Positions 37,526 through 47,595 of a stretch of DNA of 64,000 nucleotides are shown in pieces. Each line of letters begins with the position of its first letter. Positions within the stretch are counted from its first letter, which is position 1. The notes under the pieces were generated by a model that was not told the origin of the DNA, ran no database searches, and worked only from the letters and a program-made list of their open reading frames with translations. Made by a program: the position numbers and the translations under genes. This DNA comes from an uncultured Gammaproteobacteria bacterium (GTDB lineage Bacteria > Patescibacteriota > Microgenomatia > Levybacterales > UBA12049), in the NCBI GenBank assembly GCA_964515545.1, contig CAZERI010000002.1, forward strand, positions 277,731-341,730, read 5' to 3'.

Positions 37526-38491
37526 TTATTGATGGGCTGGGGGAGTAATTCCGAGCTGTTTTAACGAATAATCCAGAAAATTGCGCATCTCTTCTCGACG
37601 ATTTTCACTATTAAGGACAATTCCAATAATTTTATGCCCTTGATAATCAAGAAATGTTACTAGGCACATACCTGCTTCCGGTGTGTAACCAGTCTTCACT
37701 CCTTTTACTCCTGGATATGAAGTAAGGAGGTTTGTCTCATTGAAAAGATCAAATTCCTTATGAGTAGAAGTTGCAGGAATAACATGCTCATAAGTAGATA
37801 CTACTTTTGCAAATAATGGAAAATTGTCCAAGGCATATCTCGTAATCACTAGAAGATCTGAAGCAGTAGTATGCTGAGTTCCATCTCCTTGGAGTCCGGA
37901 TGGATTACTAAATACTGTATCCTTTAATCCTAATGCTTTAGCCTTATCATTCATCGCCTGGATAAACTCACTTCTTCCTCCTGGATAATTACTTGCCAAT
38001 ACCTCTGCAGCATCATTACCTGAAGGAAGCATCAGCCCATACAACAACTCTTCCTGCGTTAGAACTTCATTACTCGTTAATCCCATACTATCTTCACCAA
38101 CTAGATCAGAACCCGACACTATATACGAGTCATCTGACTTTTTATTTTCCAATGTAACAATCGCCGTCATAATCTTCGTCAAAGATGCCATGGGCATTCT
38201 AGTTGTGCTATCGTGTTCATAAAGTGTTTTATTCTCTGCTAGATCATACATAAGTACTGACTTAGCAGTATAATCAGGAAGTGTTCTTTCACTACCTTGA
38301 ATCTTTTCGATAAAAGGAGACCATAGATCCAGAAGAGTTACCTGCTTATTAAAACCAAGTGTTAAAAAATCAGGAATAGGGGAAAGATACTGTCCAGTGT
38401 TTGATCTATTGGGTACTATGAAAAAATAGCTTACGACAATCAGGCTGGTAAGTAGACCAATACTGATGCTATAACTTAAAAATTGACGCAT
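37526..38491 (-). CDS. dacA: D-alanyl-D-alanine carboxypeptidase (peptidase S11, PBP5-like)
   Basis: SxxK (MASLTK), SGN (LPSGNDAAE) and KTG (GVKTGYT) motifs. N-terminal TM anchor. Confidence 0.8.
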   Translation of the reverse strand: MRQFLSYSISIGLLTSLIVVSYFFIVPNRSNTGQYLSPIPDFLTLGFNKQVTLLDLWSPFIEKIQGSERTLPDYTAKSVLMYDLAENKTLYEHDSTTRMPMASLTKIMTAIVTLENKKSDDSYIVSGSDLVGEDSMGLTSNEVLTQEELLYGLMLPSGNDAAEVLASNYPGGRSEFIQAMNDKAKALGLKDTVFSNPSGLQGDGTQHTTASDLLVITRYALDNFPLFAKVVSTYEHVIPATSTHKEFDLFNETNLLTSYPGVKGVKTGYTPEAGMCLVTFLDYQGHKIIGIVLNSENRREEMRNFLDYSLKQLGITPPAHQ

Positions 38492-38521
38492 TTATTGATG
38501 ATAACAAAAGATAACAAACCT

Positions 38522-39346
38522 ATGCAAAAAAACCTGACTGTTCTGAGCTTTAATATGTTCGGGACACCTTTCCATCCTAAGCGTATTGTTAGATCTTTTC
38601 TTCACAATAACGTTCGTAAACGCTTTAAAGCTGCGAGTCAGGAGATCAATACGCTTGATGCAGATGTACTTTTCCTGCAGGAAGTAATTGATTTCCCACA
38701 CTTTATTTATCTGAAAAAATTATTGCCTGATTTTCGATATGTATGTTTTAAGAACACTATTTACGGTCCACGAGGAGGGTTAGTGATTTTTTCTAAACTT
38801 CCGCTGGAACGTTCGTACTATCATGATTTTTTAGAAAGAGGTAATGTCCATAATAAGTCAATTACAGGACTCCTTTCACTGAAAGGAATTTTGGCTACAA
38901 AAATTAAAGGGAGCAACCTGATCCTCATTAATACTCATCTCAACCAGAATTCAGACCATGACTGGTCTATAACCAATCGTTATACTCCTATCCTTGAATC
39001 TCAACTCAAGCAGCTTGCGGTTTATACATGGTCGATTACTGAACGTGGTGAAAAACTTATTCTTGCAGGAGACTTTAATATGCCAAAAAATACACATTTC
39101 TATAAAAATTTTCTTCGAGATACGGGATTAACCGATGCCTTCAGTAAAGATTCCTTTAGTACCAAATATCCTTCAGAATCAGTCAAGGGAACACATATCG
39201 ATAGGATAGATTATATATTTGCTTCACCTTCTCTAAAGCTGAACAACCATTCATATAGATTCACCAAGCCCGCCCAAGATAGTGGCGGGAAATCTTTCCT
39301 GATCTCAGATCATATCGGTCTGTTAGCTAGCTTTAGAGTAGAGTAG
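38522..39346 (+). CDS. Endonuclease/exonuclease/phosphatase (EEP) family protein
   Basis: VLSFNMFG...LFLQEV...ILAGDFN...SDH catalytic motif pattern of the EEP fold. Confidence 0.65.
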   Translation: MQKNLTVLSFNMFGTPFHPKRIVRSFLHNNVRKRFKAASQEINTLDADVLFLQEVIDFPHFIYLKKLLPDFRYVCFKNTIYGPRGGLVIFSKLPLERSYYHDFLERGNVHNKSITGLLSLKGILATKIKGSNLILINTHLNQNSDHDWSITNRYTPILESQLKQLAVYTWSITERGEKLILAGDFNMPKNTHFYKNFLRDTGLTDAFSKDSFSTKYPSESVKGTHIDRIDYIFASPSLKLNNHSYRFTKPAQDSGGKSFLISDHIGLLASFRVE

Positions 39347-39364
39347 TTGTGCTAGTATATATGT

Positions 39365-40138
39365 ATGGATTTTCTTCATGTCATTATCCTTGCAGCAGTT
39401 GAAGGTGTTACTGAATTTCTCCCGATTTCTTCAACTGGACATCTGATCCTTGTCTCTCATGCATTAGGAATAACAGATACTGAATTTGTAAAAAGCTTTG
39501 AGATTATTATTCAATTGGGAGCTATCTTAGCTGTGGTAGCACTTTATTTTAAAACACTCTTATTTAAAAGACAGTATTGGCCTAAGTTGTTCCTCGCCTT
39601 TCTTCCGACAGCCATTGTTGGATTTACTCTCTATCCTTTGATTAAGCATGTCCTTTTGGATAATCCCATCTTTACGCTCTTATCGCTTTTCTTAGGAGGA
39701 ATAGCTCTCATCGTAATTGAAAAGACTTACAAAGAAAAAGATCAACACGTAGGGGATGTAGCTCATATAACTCAACGACAGGCAGTCATGATCGGATGTT
39801 TCCAATCCGTATCAGTAATACCAGGGGTATCAAGAGCAGCTGCTACTATTATTGGAGGAATGCTCTCTGGAGTTAAAAGAGAGACCTCTGTGGAATTTTC
39901 TTTTTTACTGGCTGTTCCTACGATGCTTGCAGCTTCAGGGCTTGACCTTATTAAATCCCACGCCAGCTTTACTTCCTCACAGTACCAGTTATTAGCAGTT
40001 GGGTTCATCGGAGCATTCCTTTTCGCTTTAGTAAGTGTTAAATACTTTATCAAATTCATAAAGAATCATAATTTTATTCCATTTGGTATCTATAGGATAA
40101 TTTTATCTATCTTATACTTCCTTATTATCCTCCGCTAG
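39365..40138 (+). CDS. uppP: Undecaprenyl-diphosphatase
   Basis: EGVTEFLPISSTGHLIL and the second PGVSRSG(A)T-like motif (VIPGVSRAAATIIGG). Confidence 0.9.
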   Translation: MDFLHVIILAAVEGVTEFLPISSTGHLILVSHALGITDTEFVKSFEIIIQLGAILAVVALYFKTLLFKRQYWPKLFLAFLPTAIVGFTLYPLIKHVLLDNPIFTLLSLFLGGIALIVIEKTYKEKDQHVGDVAHITQRQAVMIGCFQSVSVIPGVSRAAATIIGGMLSGVKRETSVEFSFLLAVPTMLAASGLDLIKSHASFTSSQYQLLAVGFIGAFLFALVSVKYFIKFIKNHNFIPFGIYRIILSILYFLIILR

Positions 40139-40255
40139 AGGCTTGACTCATTCCGGTATCTCAGGTATACTCTTGCGAGTATTTAGCTTGTAAGTAAGAC
40201 ATATTTTTGTCTATTCCGCTAAGAAAATCTGCCCCACCCTTTTCTGCCTTTTTTT

Positions 40256-41695
40256 ATGTCATTTTTGGAGAGAGTTCGTCGATTTAATATTTCAAACACT
40301 CGTAGTCGCATTGTAAACTCAAAGCGGTATCGTCGTGCTGTCATCTTTATACAGCGTAAGCCTTTCATCAGTTTTTTTGCGACACTTGGGATCTTCCTCC
40401 TCATCCTTATCCTTGGCTCAGTTATTACTAGTCTTACTAAGAAAGACGTTAAAAAGGCAAATCCAGTCAAAGCAATCACAGTTTATACCATTGGTAAAGC
40501 TCCCACAGTACCTCTCCAAGCTCAAATTCAGAAAAATGGCATTGTCCAAATTGTCGCTCAAGGTTCGGGAATCGTTGATAAGATATATGTCTCTGAGGGA
40601 GACAATGTTCAAGAAGGGGAGACATTGGTCTCACTCTCAACTAATTATCAAGGCGGAAGTGCTCCTGCTTTACAGGCGCAACTTGCAGGCGCTCAGTTTA
40701 GAAATAGCAAGGATACCTTCAACCTTCAAAAAGATATTATTTCAAAGCAGCGCGATATTGCTACAGCTTCAGCCGAGAATACTGAGCAATTACGACAGGT
40801 TTCACAAAAAACGCTTAACGATACCAGAGGTCTTTTAGATCAAAATAGAAATATCCTTGATGCAATTACTAATCAGATAGCTCAAAATCCAAATGATCCG
40901 GGAGTTGCAGCACTCAAACAACAGCAAGCGCAATACCAGGCTGCAGTAAACCAACTACAAAGTTCTGTCAATTCTTTAGATTACTCAACTAACACTAATA
41001 ACCCGCCAACGCTTTTGACTTCCACTCAGAAGGATATAACTCTTAAGCAACTTGATGTGCAAGAAAAAGCACTTGACCTCAGTAAAAAAGTAAGCGGAAT
41101 CCAATATAGTCTTGCTTTGGTTCAGGAGGGACTTATGAGACCTGCATCACCTTTTACGGGAACAGTGCAGCGAGTAAATGTCCAAGTAGGAGAGAATGTC
41201 AGTCCAGGAGATGTGATTGCCACCGTTGCCAGCTCTAGTATCTCAACAACTGCTATTTTGCGAGTACCTCAACAAATTGCAGAAAATATCTCCCGAGTTG
41301 AGCCGACTGTCTTTTATAATAAAGATAAAAAGATTTCTGTTATTCCAACCTATGTTTCAGTCGTAGCAACCGATGGACAGCTCTACTCAATTATCTATAA
41401 CTTACCTGATGGGATAACAGGCTTAACAGCCAACGAATATCTTAAAGCCGAGGTTCCTGTAGGGTATGCAGCTGCGAATGGCGCCGATCCATATGTCCCA
41501 ATTGATAGCGTATACGAGTCCCAAAACGAATCAACTGTCTATCTTTTGAAAAAAGATAAGGCTGTTGCTCAGAAAGTAACAGTGGGAGAAGTCTATGGAG
41601 ATTATGTCGCTATTCTTTCCGGACTCCATGACGGCGACCAACTCATCCTAGATCGAAACGTAGTCACCGGAGATACAGTCAAGGTAAATAAATAA
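40256..41695 (+). CDS. Efflux RND periplasmic adaptor (membrane fusion protein) with long Q/N-rich coiled coil
   Basis: N-terminal TM, lipoyl-like half-motifs flanking a long alpha-hairpin, and a C-terminal beta-barrel. Upstream of an RND permease. Confidence 0.6.
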   Translation: MSFLERVRRFNISNTRSRIVNSKRYRRAVIFIQRKPFISFFATLGIFLLILILGSVITSLTKKDVKKANPVKAITVYTIGKAPTVPLQAQIQKNGIVQIVAQGSGIVDKIYVSEGDNVQEGETLVSLSTNYQGGSAPALQAQLAGAQFRNSKDTFNLQKDIISKQRDIATASAENTEQLRQVSQKTLNDTRGLLDQNRNILDAITNQIAQNPNDPGVAALKQQQAQYQAAVNQLQSSVNSLDYSTNTNNPPTLLTSTQKDITLKQLDVQEKALDLSKKVSGIQYSLALVQEGLMRPASPFTGTVQRVNVQVGENVSPGDVIATVASSSISTTAILRVPQQIAENISRVEPTVFYNKDKKISVIPTYVSVVATDGQLYSIIYNLPDGITGLTANEYLKAEVPVGYAAANGADPYVPIDSVYESQNESTVYLLKKDKAVAQKVTVGEVYGDYVAILSGLHDGDQLILDRNVVTGDTVKVNK

Positions 41696-41704
41696 CATTT
41701 ATGT

Positions 41705-44700
41705 ATGGCAAAAGAGACATCCTATCTTCATCATCTTCAATTTAATGAGCGTCTTAAGAATTCTTTGGTAGGCAAGTACTTGGCTAACCCTCGCTTACTT
41801 GTCCTCCTGCTATTAGCAATCATTGCTTTAGGAAGCTCCAGCTTTGCAAACCTCCCAAAAAGGGTTTTCCCCGAGATTAAAATTCCGATGGTTATTGTTA
41901 CTGGCGTACTGCCTGGAGCTAACCCTCAGGATGTAGAGTCACTTATTACCGAACCGCTTGAAGACAGTATCTCCGGCGTGGAGAACGTCTCTAAAGTTAC
42001 CTCTTCCTCAAGAGAAAATGCTGCAGTAATACAAATTGAATTTAATACTGGCGTGGATCCTGATAAGGCACGGACTGATGTCCAATCTGCCGTTGATCAA
42101 GTAGAGCTCCCAGCAGACGCCCAGACACCAAAAGTCCTCACCATTGACTTTGAAAATACGCCAGTCTGGACATTCGCTTTAATAGGAAAGGGAGATGTGG
42201 CAAGTCTTAATCGTTTTTCTAAAATCCTCCAAAAAAATCTTGAGGATCTTTCCAGTATCAATAATGTCACTACCGGAGGACTTGAGGAACGTGAGATCAG
42301 TGTAGTTATCGATTCAGCCAAGCTCACAACCTATGGCCTTTCGCCCATTCAGCTCTCTTCTCTTGTTAAATCAGCTCTTAGTTCATATCCGGCAGGTACT
42401 GTTACAACTCAGAATTCCTCTTTCGCCTTAAGTATAGATCCCCAGGTGACAACTATTAATGATATTCGTAATTTGCAGCTGAATAACGATGGAAATGTTA
42501 TCCCTCTTTCAAGTGTTGCAACTATTACAGAAAGATCAAAGCCCAATCAAAACCCATCTTTTATAGCATCTCATAATCTATCAGCTGAGAGATCAGTAAC
42601 ATTTAATGTCTTTAAGACACGAACTACCAATATAGATAAAGCTGTTAAAGATGCAGAGGGTGAAGTTACAGAGTCACTTGACCAATACAAAGGCCAATTT
42701 GAAATTCAATCTATCAGTAACGCTGGAGAAGACACTACAAAGCAGTTTAATGACTTAACTCACGATTTTATCGCTACTATTATATTGGTTTTCGTTGTAC
42801 TCTTCGTCTTCTTGGGAGCAAGACAGGCAATTGTTTCACTCTTTGCAGTTCCTCTAACATTTCTCATCAGTTTTTCTGTAATGAACAGCACAGGAATTTC
42901 TCTTAACTTTATTTCCATGTTCTCGCTTTTATTAGCACTAGGACTTCTTGTTGATGATACTATTGTTGTCATCTCAGCGATGACTGCATACTTTAGATCG
43001 GGGAAATTCACTCCAATTGAGACAGGCCTCCTTGTCTGGAAGGACTTTATTACACCGATTCTGACAACGACTCTTACTACAGTATTTGCGTTTCTCCCGA
43101 TTTTGATTTCAACAGGTATTATCGGAGAGTTCATTAAATCTATCCCGATTGTTGTTTCAAGTACTCTTATTGCATCATTTGGTGTTGCGATGCTTATTAC
43201 TTTACCGCTTATGATTATTCTTCTTCGTCCAACACTCCCAAAACGTGTGGTGATGTTACTAAAAGTTCTTCTTATTATTCTTCTTCTAGGAATATTTATT
43301 AGTATTTTGCCCAAAGGGCCTATCGTTATCCTTGCCCTTTTGGCTATGGGAGCATTCCTCTTTGTCACAATCCACATCAGATTACTTCTTATCAAAAGGA
43401 CAAAGGCTTATGTAAAGATGCAAAGTCGCAGGCATGAGATTGTTCGTCAAACGCCTCATTATCTGGAAAATGGGCTCATTAGCTTCCATACAATTAGTGA
43501 GAAATACAAAAAGATAATTAACAAAATATTAAGTAGTCAGAGTAATCGCCGTAAAGCGATTGCGATGGTTATTATCTTTTCTATCTTTTCTTATTTACTA
43601 GTTCCATTTGGTTTTGTCCAAAACGAATTCTTTCCTAAAAGCGATCAGAACTTTATCTCCATGACTGATGAATTACCAGCTGGGACTAATACTGAAACTG
43701 CAAGCAAAGAAGCTCTTGTATTAATTGATAAATTACGATCCGTTAAAAACGTTACTTACGTAACAGCAGACATTGGGCAGGCATCAGGAAGCTTCGGAGC
43801 AGAGGGTAGCAGCAGCAATAATATCCTTTTTTCTATGGTACTGCCTGATAAAAAGGATCGGGATCAGACCTCTATTGAAATCGGTCAGGAACTTCGGGAT
43901 ATGCTTAGTGACTACACAAAAGGCAAAATAACAGTAAGCGAATCCAGTGGAGGACCCCCAGCTGGTGCAGATTTACAGATTAATCTCTTTGGGGATGATT
44001 TAGGTATCCTTGACACCTATGCAGATAAAACGGTTGCATATCTTAAAAGCCAAAAAGGAGTTATTGACGTATCAAAAAGTATTAAACCTGGCACAAGTAA
44101 AATAGTTTTTGTCCCGCATCTTGAACAACTTGCAGCCAATAACATTACCCAAGATCAGTTAGGTCTATCCCTGCGTACCTTCGCTAGTGGATTCACCCTA
44201 GACTCAGCAAAAATCACAGTCGGAGGAGAATCTTCAGAGGACAAACAGGATATCACCCTCCGCTCTTCAACTAATCTTCAGACTGTCAGCGATATCTCAA
44301 CAGTTTCCATCCCAACTCAAAAAGGTACAGTTCCTCTTTCAAGCCTTGGAGAACTTAAGTTGAAAGCTAACCCAACGCTCATCACGAGAGAAGACGGCAA
44401 AAGGACAATTTCCGTAACCGCAACTGTTTCTCAGGGATATACTACAACTGAGCTTAACTCTAAACTAGAGAAGTACGCGAATACTGAATTAAAGCTTCCG
44501 CAAGGCTATAACTGGAAAACAGGAGGAGTTAATGAAGAAAATCAGAAATCTGTTAACTCAATTCTTCAAGCCATGTTAATTTCATTTCTGCTTATCATTG
44601 TAACAATGGTCGTTCAATTCGGTTCATTTAGAAAAGCTGTTATCGTTATGCTTGTTATTCCATTATCTATCTCTGGTGTCTTTATTATCTTTGCTCTCAC

Positions 44701-45076
44701 TCATACACCTCTCTCTTTCCCAGCTCTCATCGGAGTATTAGCACTTTTTGGTATTGTGGTTAAAAATTCTATCCTTATTGTAGATAAAATTACCGCAAAT
44801 GAGAGGATTGGGATGGATTTTGTGGATGGTATTGTAGATGGAGCATCAAGCAGGCTGGAGCCTATTGCTCTCACATCACTGGCTGCTATCATGGGCCTTA
44901 TCCCTATTACGATATCAGATCCATTATGGAGAGGATTAGGAGGCGCAATTATAGCCGGGTTAACATTCTCCGGCACTATCATGCTTTTCTTTATTCCGGT
45001 TGTTTATTATCTTTTATTTAGATCTCCAGAGAGAAAAGTATCTCGCAGCAGCTCTCCTCGAAAAAGGATAAAATAA
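41705..45076 (+). CDS. RND-family efflux transporter permease (AcrB/HAE-like), 12 TM
   Basis: 1123 aa. Two 6-TM bundles with large periplasmic loops. Conserved TM4 region GLLVDDTIVVI (charged relay Asp pair). Confidence 0.85.
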   Translation: MAKETSYLHHLQFNERLKNSLVGKYLANPRLLVLLLLAIIALGSSSFANLPKRVFPEIKIPMVIVTGVLPGANPQDVESLITEPLEDSISGVENVSKVTSSSRENAAVIQIEFNTGVDPDKARTDVQSAVDQVELPADAQTPKVLTIDFENTPVWTFALIGKGDVASLNRFSKILQKNLEDLSSINNVTTGGLEEREISVVIDSAKLTTYGLSPIQLSSLVKSALSSYPAGTVTTQNSSFALSIDPQVTTINDIRNLQLNNDGNVIPLSSVATITERSKPNQNPSFIASHNLSAERSVTFNVFKTRTTNIDKAVKDAEGEVTESLDQYKGQFEIQSISNAGEDTTKQFNDLTHDFIATIILVFVVLFVFLGARQAIVSLFAVPLTFLISFSVMNSTGISLNFISMFSLLLALGLLVDDTIVVISAMTAYFRSGKFTPIETGLLVWKDFITPILTTTLTTVFAFLPILISTGIIGEFIKSIPIVVSSTLIASFGVAMLITLPLMIILLRPTLPKRVVMLLKVLLIILLLGIFISILPKGPIVILALLAMGAFLFVTIHIRLLLIKRTKAYVKMQSRRHEIVRQTPHYLENGLISFHTISEKYKKIINKILSSQSNRRKAIAMVIIFSIFSYLLVPFGFVQNEFFPKSDQNFISMTDELPAGTNTETASKEALVLIDKLRSVKNVTYVTADIGQASGSFGAEGSSSNNILFSMVLPDKKDRDQTSIEIGQELRDMLSDYTKGKITVSESSGGPPAGADLQINLFGDDLGILDTYADKTVAYLKSQKGVIDVSKSIKPGTSKIVFVPHLEQLAANNITQDQLGLSLRTFASGFTLDSAKITVGGESSEDKQDITLRSSTNLQTVSDISTVSIPTQKGTVPLSSLGELKLKANPTLITREDGKRTISVTATVSQGYTTTELNSKLEKYANTELKLPQGYNWKTGGVNEENQKSVNSILQAMLISFLLIIVTMVVQFGSFRKAVIVMLVIPLSISGVFIIFALTHTPLSFPALIGVLALFGIVVKNSILIVDKITANERIGMDFVDGIVDGASSRLEPIALTSLAAIMGLIPITISDPLWRGLGGAIIAGLTFSGTIMLFFIPVVYYLLFRSPERKVSRSSSPRKRIK

Positions 45077-45237
45077 TAAATTTTATACTTATATTCTCCT
45101 ATAACATATTCTACTCATAGTATACTTACATGTTTCCTAACCTCATCTGAACAAGTTATACTGTCGAGCTATTTTAAATAATAAGCGAATTTTTAAACTG
45201 ATCTGCTTAGGATATAGTTTGTACATATTAGTCATAA

Positions 45238-45266
45238 TTGACAGTATAGGACTCATCAGATAAGAT
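45238..45266 (+). promoter_or_regulatory. Sigma70-like promoter candidate (TTGACA-17-TAAGAT) about 315 nt upstream of the first repeat-protein gene
   Basis: ttgaca at 45238-45243 and taagat at 45261-45266. Confidence 0.35.
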
Positions 45267-45448
45267 CTTCTCTATGGGTAAGTGAGTCGGCCGTCAACGG
45301 AGACTAGGTGTTACAAAGATTTTCTTTTAACACATCAGGCAAATCCCAGACTGACAATGTGAGAACTTCAGATGATAATTCTGTGTTCTCGACTATAAAG
45401 TTATGACCTGCCCGTCATTGTTTTTTTCTATTTTACAAAAGGTTGACA

Positions 45449-45545
45449 ACCCCTTACATCTAATGTTGGAAAGATGTGAGGGGTTTTCTTTTACTTTTGA
45501 CCCTGCTCTCACTGTATCGAAGACAGATGAACAGTAAGAGCAGGG
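45449..45545 (+). promoter_or_regulatory. Structured 5-prime leader: a terminator-like hairpin (45449-45499, ACCCCTtACATC...GATGTgAGGGGT plus T-run) and a second long hairpin (45501-45545, CCCTGCTCT...AGAGCAGGG) directly before the RBS
   Basis: Inverted repeats visible in the sequence. A GGAGGTGA RBS sits 8 nt before the ATG at 45583. Confidence 0.4.
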
Positions 45546-45582
45546 GAATTTACCACTGACCGAGAAAGGAGGTGAGAAATAT

Positions 45583-46185
45583 ATGACAAACTGGAAAATC
45601 AAGCTTGCAACAGGAGTCGCTACTGCAACAGTCGTAGCGGTAGCTATCGCTCCTGCAACATTTGCATCCACTATCAAAGTTCATAACAATGCTAAAAAGT
45701 CTGTAAATATTGTTGGAGCTGCAACAGTTAAGACAACAATAGTAGGCCAAACAAACAATAACACTGTCCTTAACCTAACAGGTGTCTTCCAAAACACTGG
45801 CGTTAACAAAGCCAATGATAATATTGGAGATGGTGACGTCAAAGTCACTAGTGGCCCAGCAAACTCTGTTGTAAGTAACACTACAACAACTGGAGGAAAT
45901 ACTGCTACAGTCACTTCATGTGGCTGCGGTACAGATGATGACATCACTGTATCTGGTAATGGCAAAAAATCATTCAACCTTGTATTAGTAGGTAACTTTA
46001 CTACAACAGTTGTTTCTCAGACAAATAATAATACTGTTGTAAATGGAACAGTAGTAGCCCAAAATACAGGTGGCAATAAAGCCAATGATAACATCGGAGA
46101 TGGAGATGTTACCGTTACAAGTGGAGCTGCCAACTCAACTGTTACAAATACTGTAACAACTAGTGGCAATAGTCTTACTCTCTAA
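45583..46185 (+). CDS. Secreted Asn/Thr-rich repeat protein, paralog 1 (two ~95-aa modules separated by CGCG)
   Basis: Signal peptide MTNWKIKLATGVATATVVAVAIAPATFAST. The module QTNNNTV.N.T.V.QNTG.NKANDNIGDGDV.VTSG.ANS appears twice. Strong RBS. Confidence 0.75.
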   Translation: MTNWKIKLATGVATATVVAVAIAPATFASTIKVHNNAKKSVNIVGAATVKTTIVGQTNNNTVLNLTGVFQNTGVNKANDNIGDGDVKVTSGPANSVVSNTTTTGGNTATVTSCGCGTDDDITVSGNGKKSFNLVLVGNFTTTVVSQTNNNTVVNGTVVAQNTGGNKANDNIGDGDVTVTSGAANSTVTNTVTTSGNSLTL

Positions 46186-46212
46186 AGTAAGATTTCCTTT
46201 CCGGAAGGACAA

Positions 46213-46253
46213 AACCCTGCTTAAGGCACGTACGGCCTGATGCAGGGTTTTTT
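46213..46253 (+). terminator. Rho-independent terminator after paralog 1
   Basis: aaccctgc...gcagggtt 8-bp stem followed by TTTTT. Confidence 0.55.
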
Positions 46254-46300
46254 GTAGGATTCTTACACAAAAATAACATAGAAAGGTTTATAGTATACGG

Positions 46301-46765
46301 GTGATTAAGTATATTGCTGCCTTCGTATTTGCTCTTCTTACTATGATTGGATTGAGACAGCCAGCTCATGCAGAGACATCGGTTAATGTGGATAATACTA
46401 CCTCTACCGGAAGCAATACCCATGTAGTTGTTAATAGTAATGTAAATTCCTTATCAAATACTACTTCTGTCGTGAATTCTAACACTCGCGTCCATATAGA
46501 GACCAATGGAGAAGTCAAGGATTTCACCGCCACTGGAGATGAGTCGATCGATTGGCAGTCAGAAGATGGGAAATCTAGCGTCAAGATCAACACTTCTGCA
46601 AAAACTACCCCAAAACCTGAATCTGGTATATCCTCTGTCACCCCTTCAAGTACCCCCTCTGCCCAAGAGGAAGCTATCGAGGATAAGAAGTCGCCAGCTA
46701 CTCATGGATTTTCATTAGTCGATTTCTTTAAGAAAATCTTTTCTTTCTTAGGATTTTCTCATTAA
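46301..46765 (+). CDS. Secreted Asn/Ser/Thr-rich hypothetical protein
   Basis: GTG start. Signal peptide MIKYIAAFVFALLTMIGLRQPAHA. Low-complexity NSTV-rich N-terminal half. Confidence 0.5.
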   Translation: MIKYIAAFVFALLTMIGLRQPAHAETSVNVDNTTSTGSNTHVVVNSNVNSLSNTTSVVNSNTRVHIETNGEVKDFTATGDESIDWQSEDGKSSVKINTSAKTTPKPESGISSVTPSSTPSAQEEAIEDKKSPATHGFSLVDFFKKIFSFLGFSH

Positions 46766-46822
46766 GCTACTTCCTCTATTGACAAAAGGTGAAATATTTT
46801 CCACACTATAGATGAGGAGTAT

Positions 46823-46972
46823 ATGGCCAAGAAGAAAGCTCAATCAAATCCAGTTTCTAAAAATATTTTTGAAACTCCTGTACATGGCCTTATTGGCTAT
46901 GGAACACTCTTAGTCCTTGCTATCGTTGTCCTTGTCCTCGTTTATAGTCTCCAGTGGTATATCGTGCCTTAA
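46823..46972 (+). CDS. Small (49-aa) single-TM protein, not in the ORF track
   Basis: GAGGAG RBS 5 nt before ATG. MAKKKAQSNPVSKNIFETPVHGLIGYGTLLVLAIVVLVLVYSLQWYIVP. Confidence 0.35.
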   Translation: MAKKKAQSNPVSKNIFETPVHGLIGYGTLLVLAIVVLVLVYSLQWYIVP

Positions 46973-46973
46973 G

Positions 46974-47528
46974 TCAATTGATAGGAGAGGCATAAATAAG
47001 CAGTCTCTGCCAATCGGTCCCGATAGGCGTACACGTCTGAATAATAAGTTCATTTTTGTTTTCTCCAGTTACTGCTTTGACGTCGGTGGGACGTACCACT
47101 TTCTTATTAGTTACTCTGTAGTGAAACTCTTTCGAATTATGCCAGATAGTGATCTCGTCTCCTTCTTCTAGCTCGCCAAGACGGAGGAATACTGTATTAT
47201 AATGCGTTATCTCCCAGGGCATACCTGATGAATGAGCAAAAAGATATGTCACACCTTTTTCTCCCGGAAGTGCAAATCCTTTTCCTAATGCTATTCCGCT
47301 TTTAAGAGCTTTTTTATATTCATCTTCATTAAAAGGATCCACATTAGGAATAATCTTACCTCCAGCATGAATTTTAGGAATCCAGAGAGCAAACGCTCGT
47401 GATGTGGGTGAAGGGATTGAAGTAGGGAAGAGGTGGACATACAGTACCGGCCAGCCAATATAGATAAATCCTAGCAAAGAAAGAAGTATGAGTATATTCC
47501 CTACGTAATAGGCAATGGGTTTTTTCAT
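46974..47528 (-). CDS. srt: Sortase (cysteine transpeptidase) with N-terminal TM anchor
   Basis: Catalytic His region (LFAHSS), TLxTC-type Cys motif (LIIQTCTP) and conserved Arg (WQRLLIYA). Confidence 0.75.
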   Translation of the reverse strand: MKKPIAYYVGNILILLSLLGFIYIGWPVLYVHLFPTSIPSPTSRAFALWIPKIHAGGKIIPNVDPFNEDEYKKALKSGIALGKGFALPGEKGVTYLFAHSSGMPWEITHYNTVFLRLGELEEGDEITIWHNSKEFHYRVTNKKVVRPTDVKAVTGENKNELIIQTCTPIGTDWQRLLIYASPIN

Positions 47529-47595
47529 GGCTGTATTTTACTTTATTGAGGCTATGGAGTCAAAAAAAACTCCGCTTCTGCGGAGTCGGGGGCAA

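Noticed and set aside
40219-40479. 86-aa minus-strand ORF overlapping the start of the RND adaptor gene
   Set aside because: Overlaps a well-supported MFP N-terminus. It is basic and low-complexity, and likely spurious.
42760-43395. 211-aa minus-strand ORF inside the RND permease gene
   Set aside because: Antisense to a conserved 12-TM transporter. The codon usage is arginine/isoleucine-rich, which is not protein-like.
45300-45420. c-di-GMP-I (GEMM) riboswitch in the paralog 1 leader
   Set aside because: GGCAAATCC and ACAAAG resemble GEMM tetraloop and receptor pieces. They occur in the wrong order and without the P1/P2 architecture.
45393-45750. ORFs 45393-45677(-) and 45550-45750(-) antisense to the paralog 1 leader and start
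   Set aside because: They overlap a strong RBS/ATG context on the opposite strand and are Cys/Ser low-complexity.
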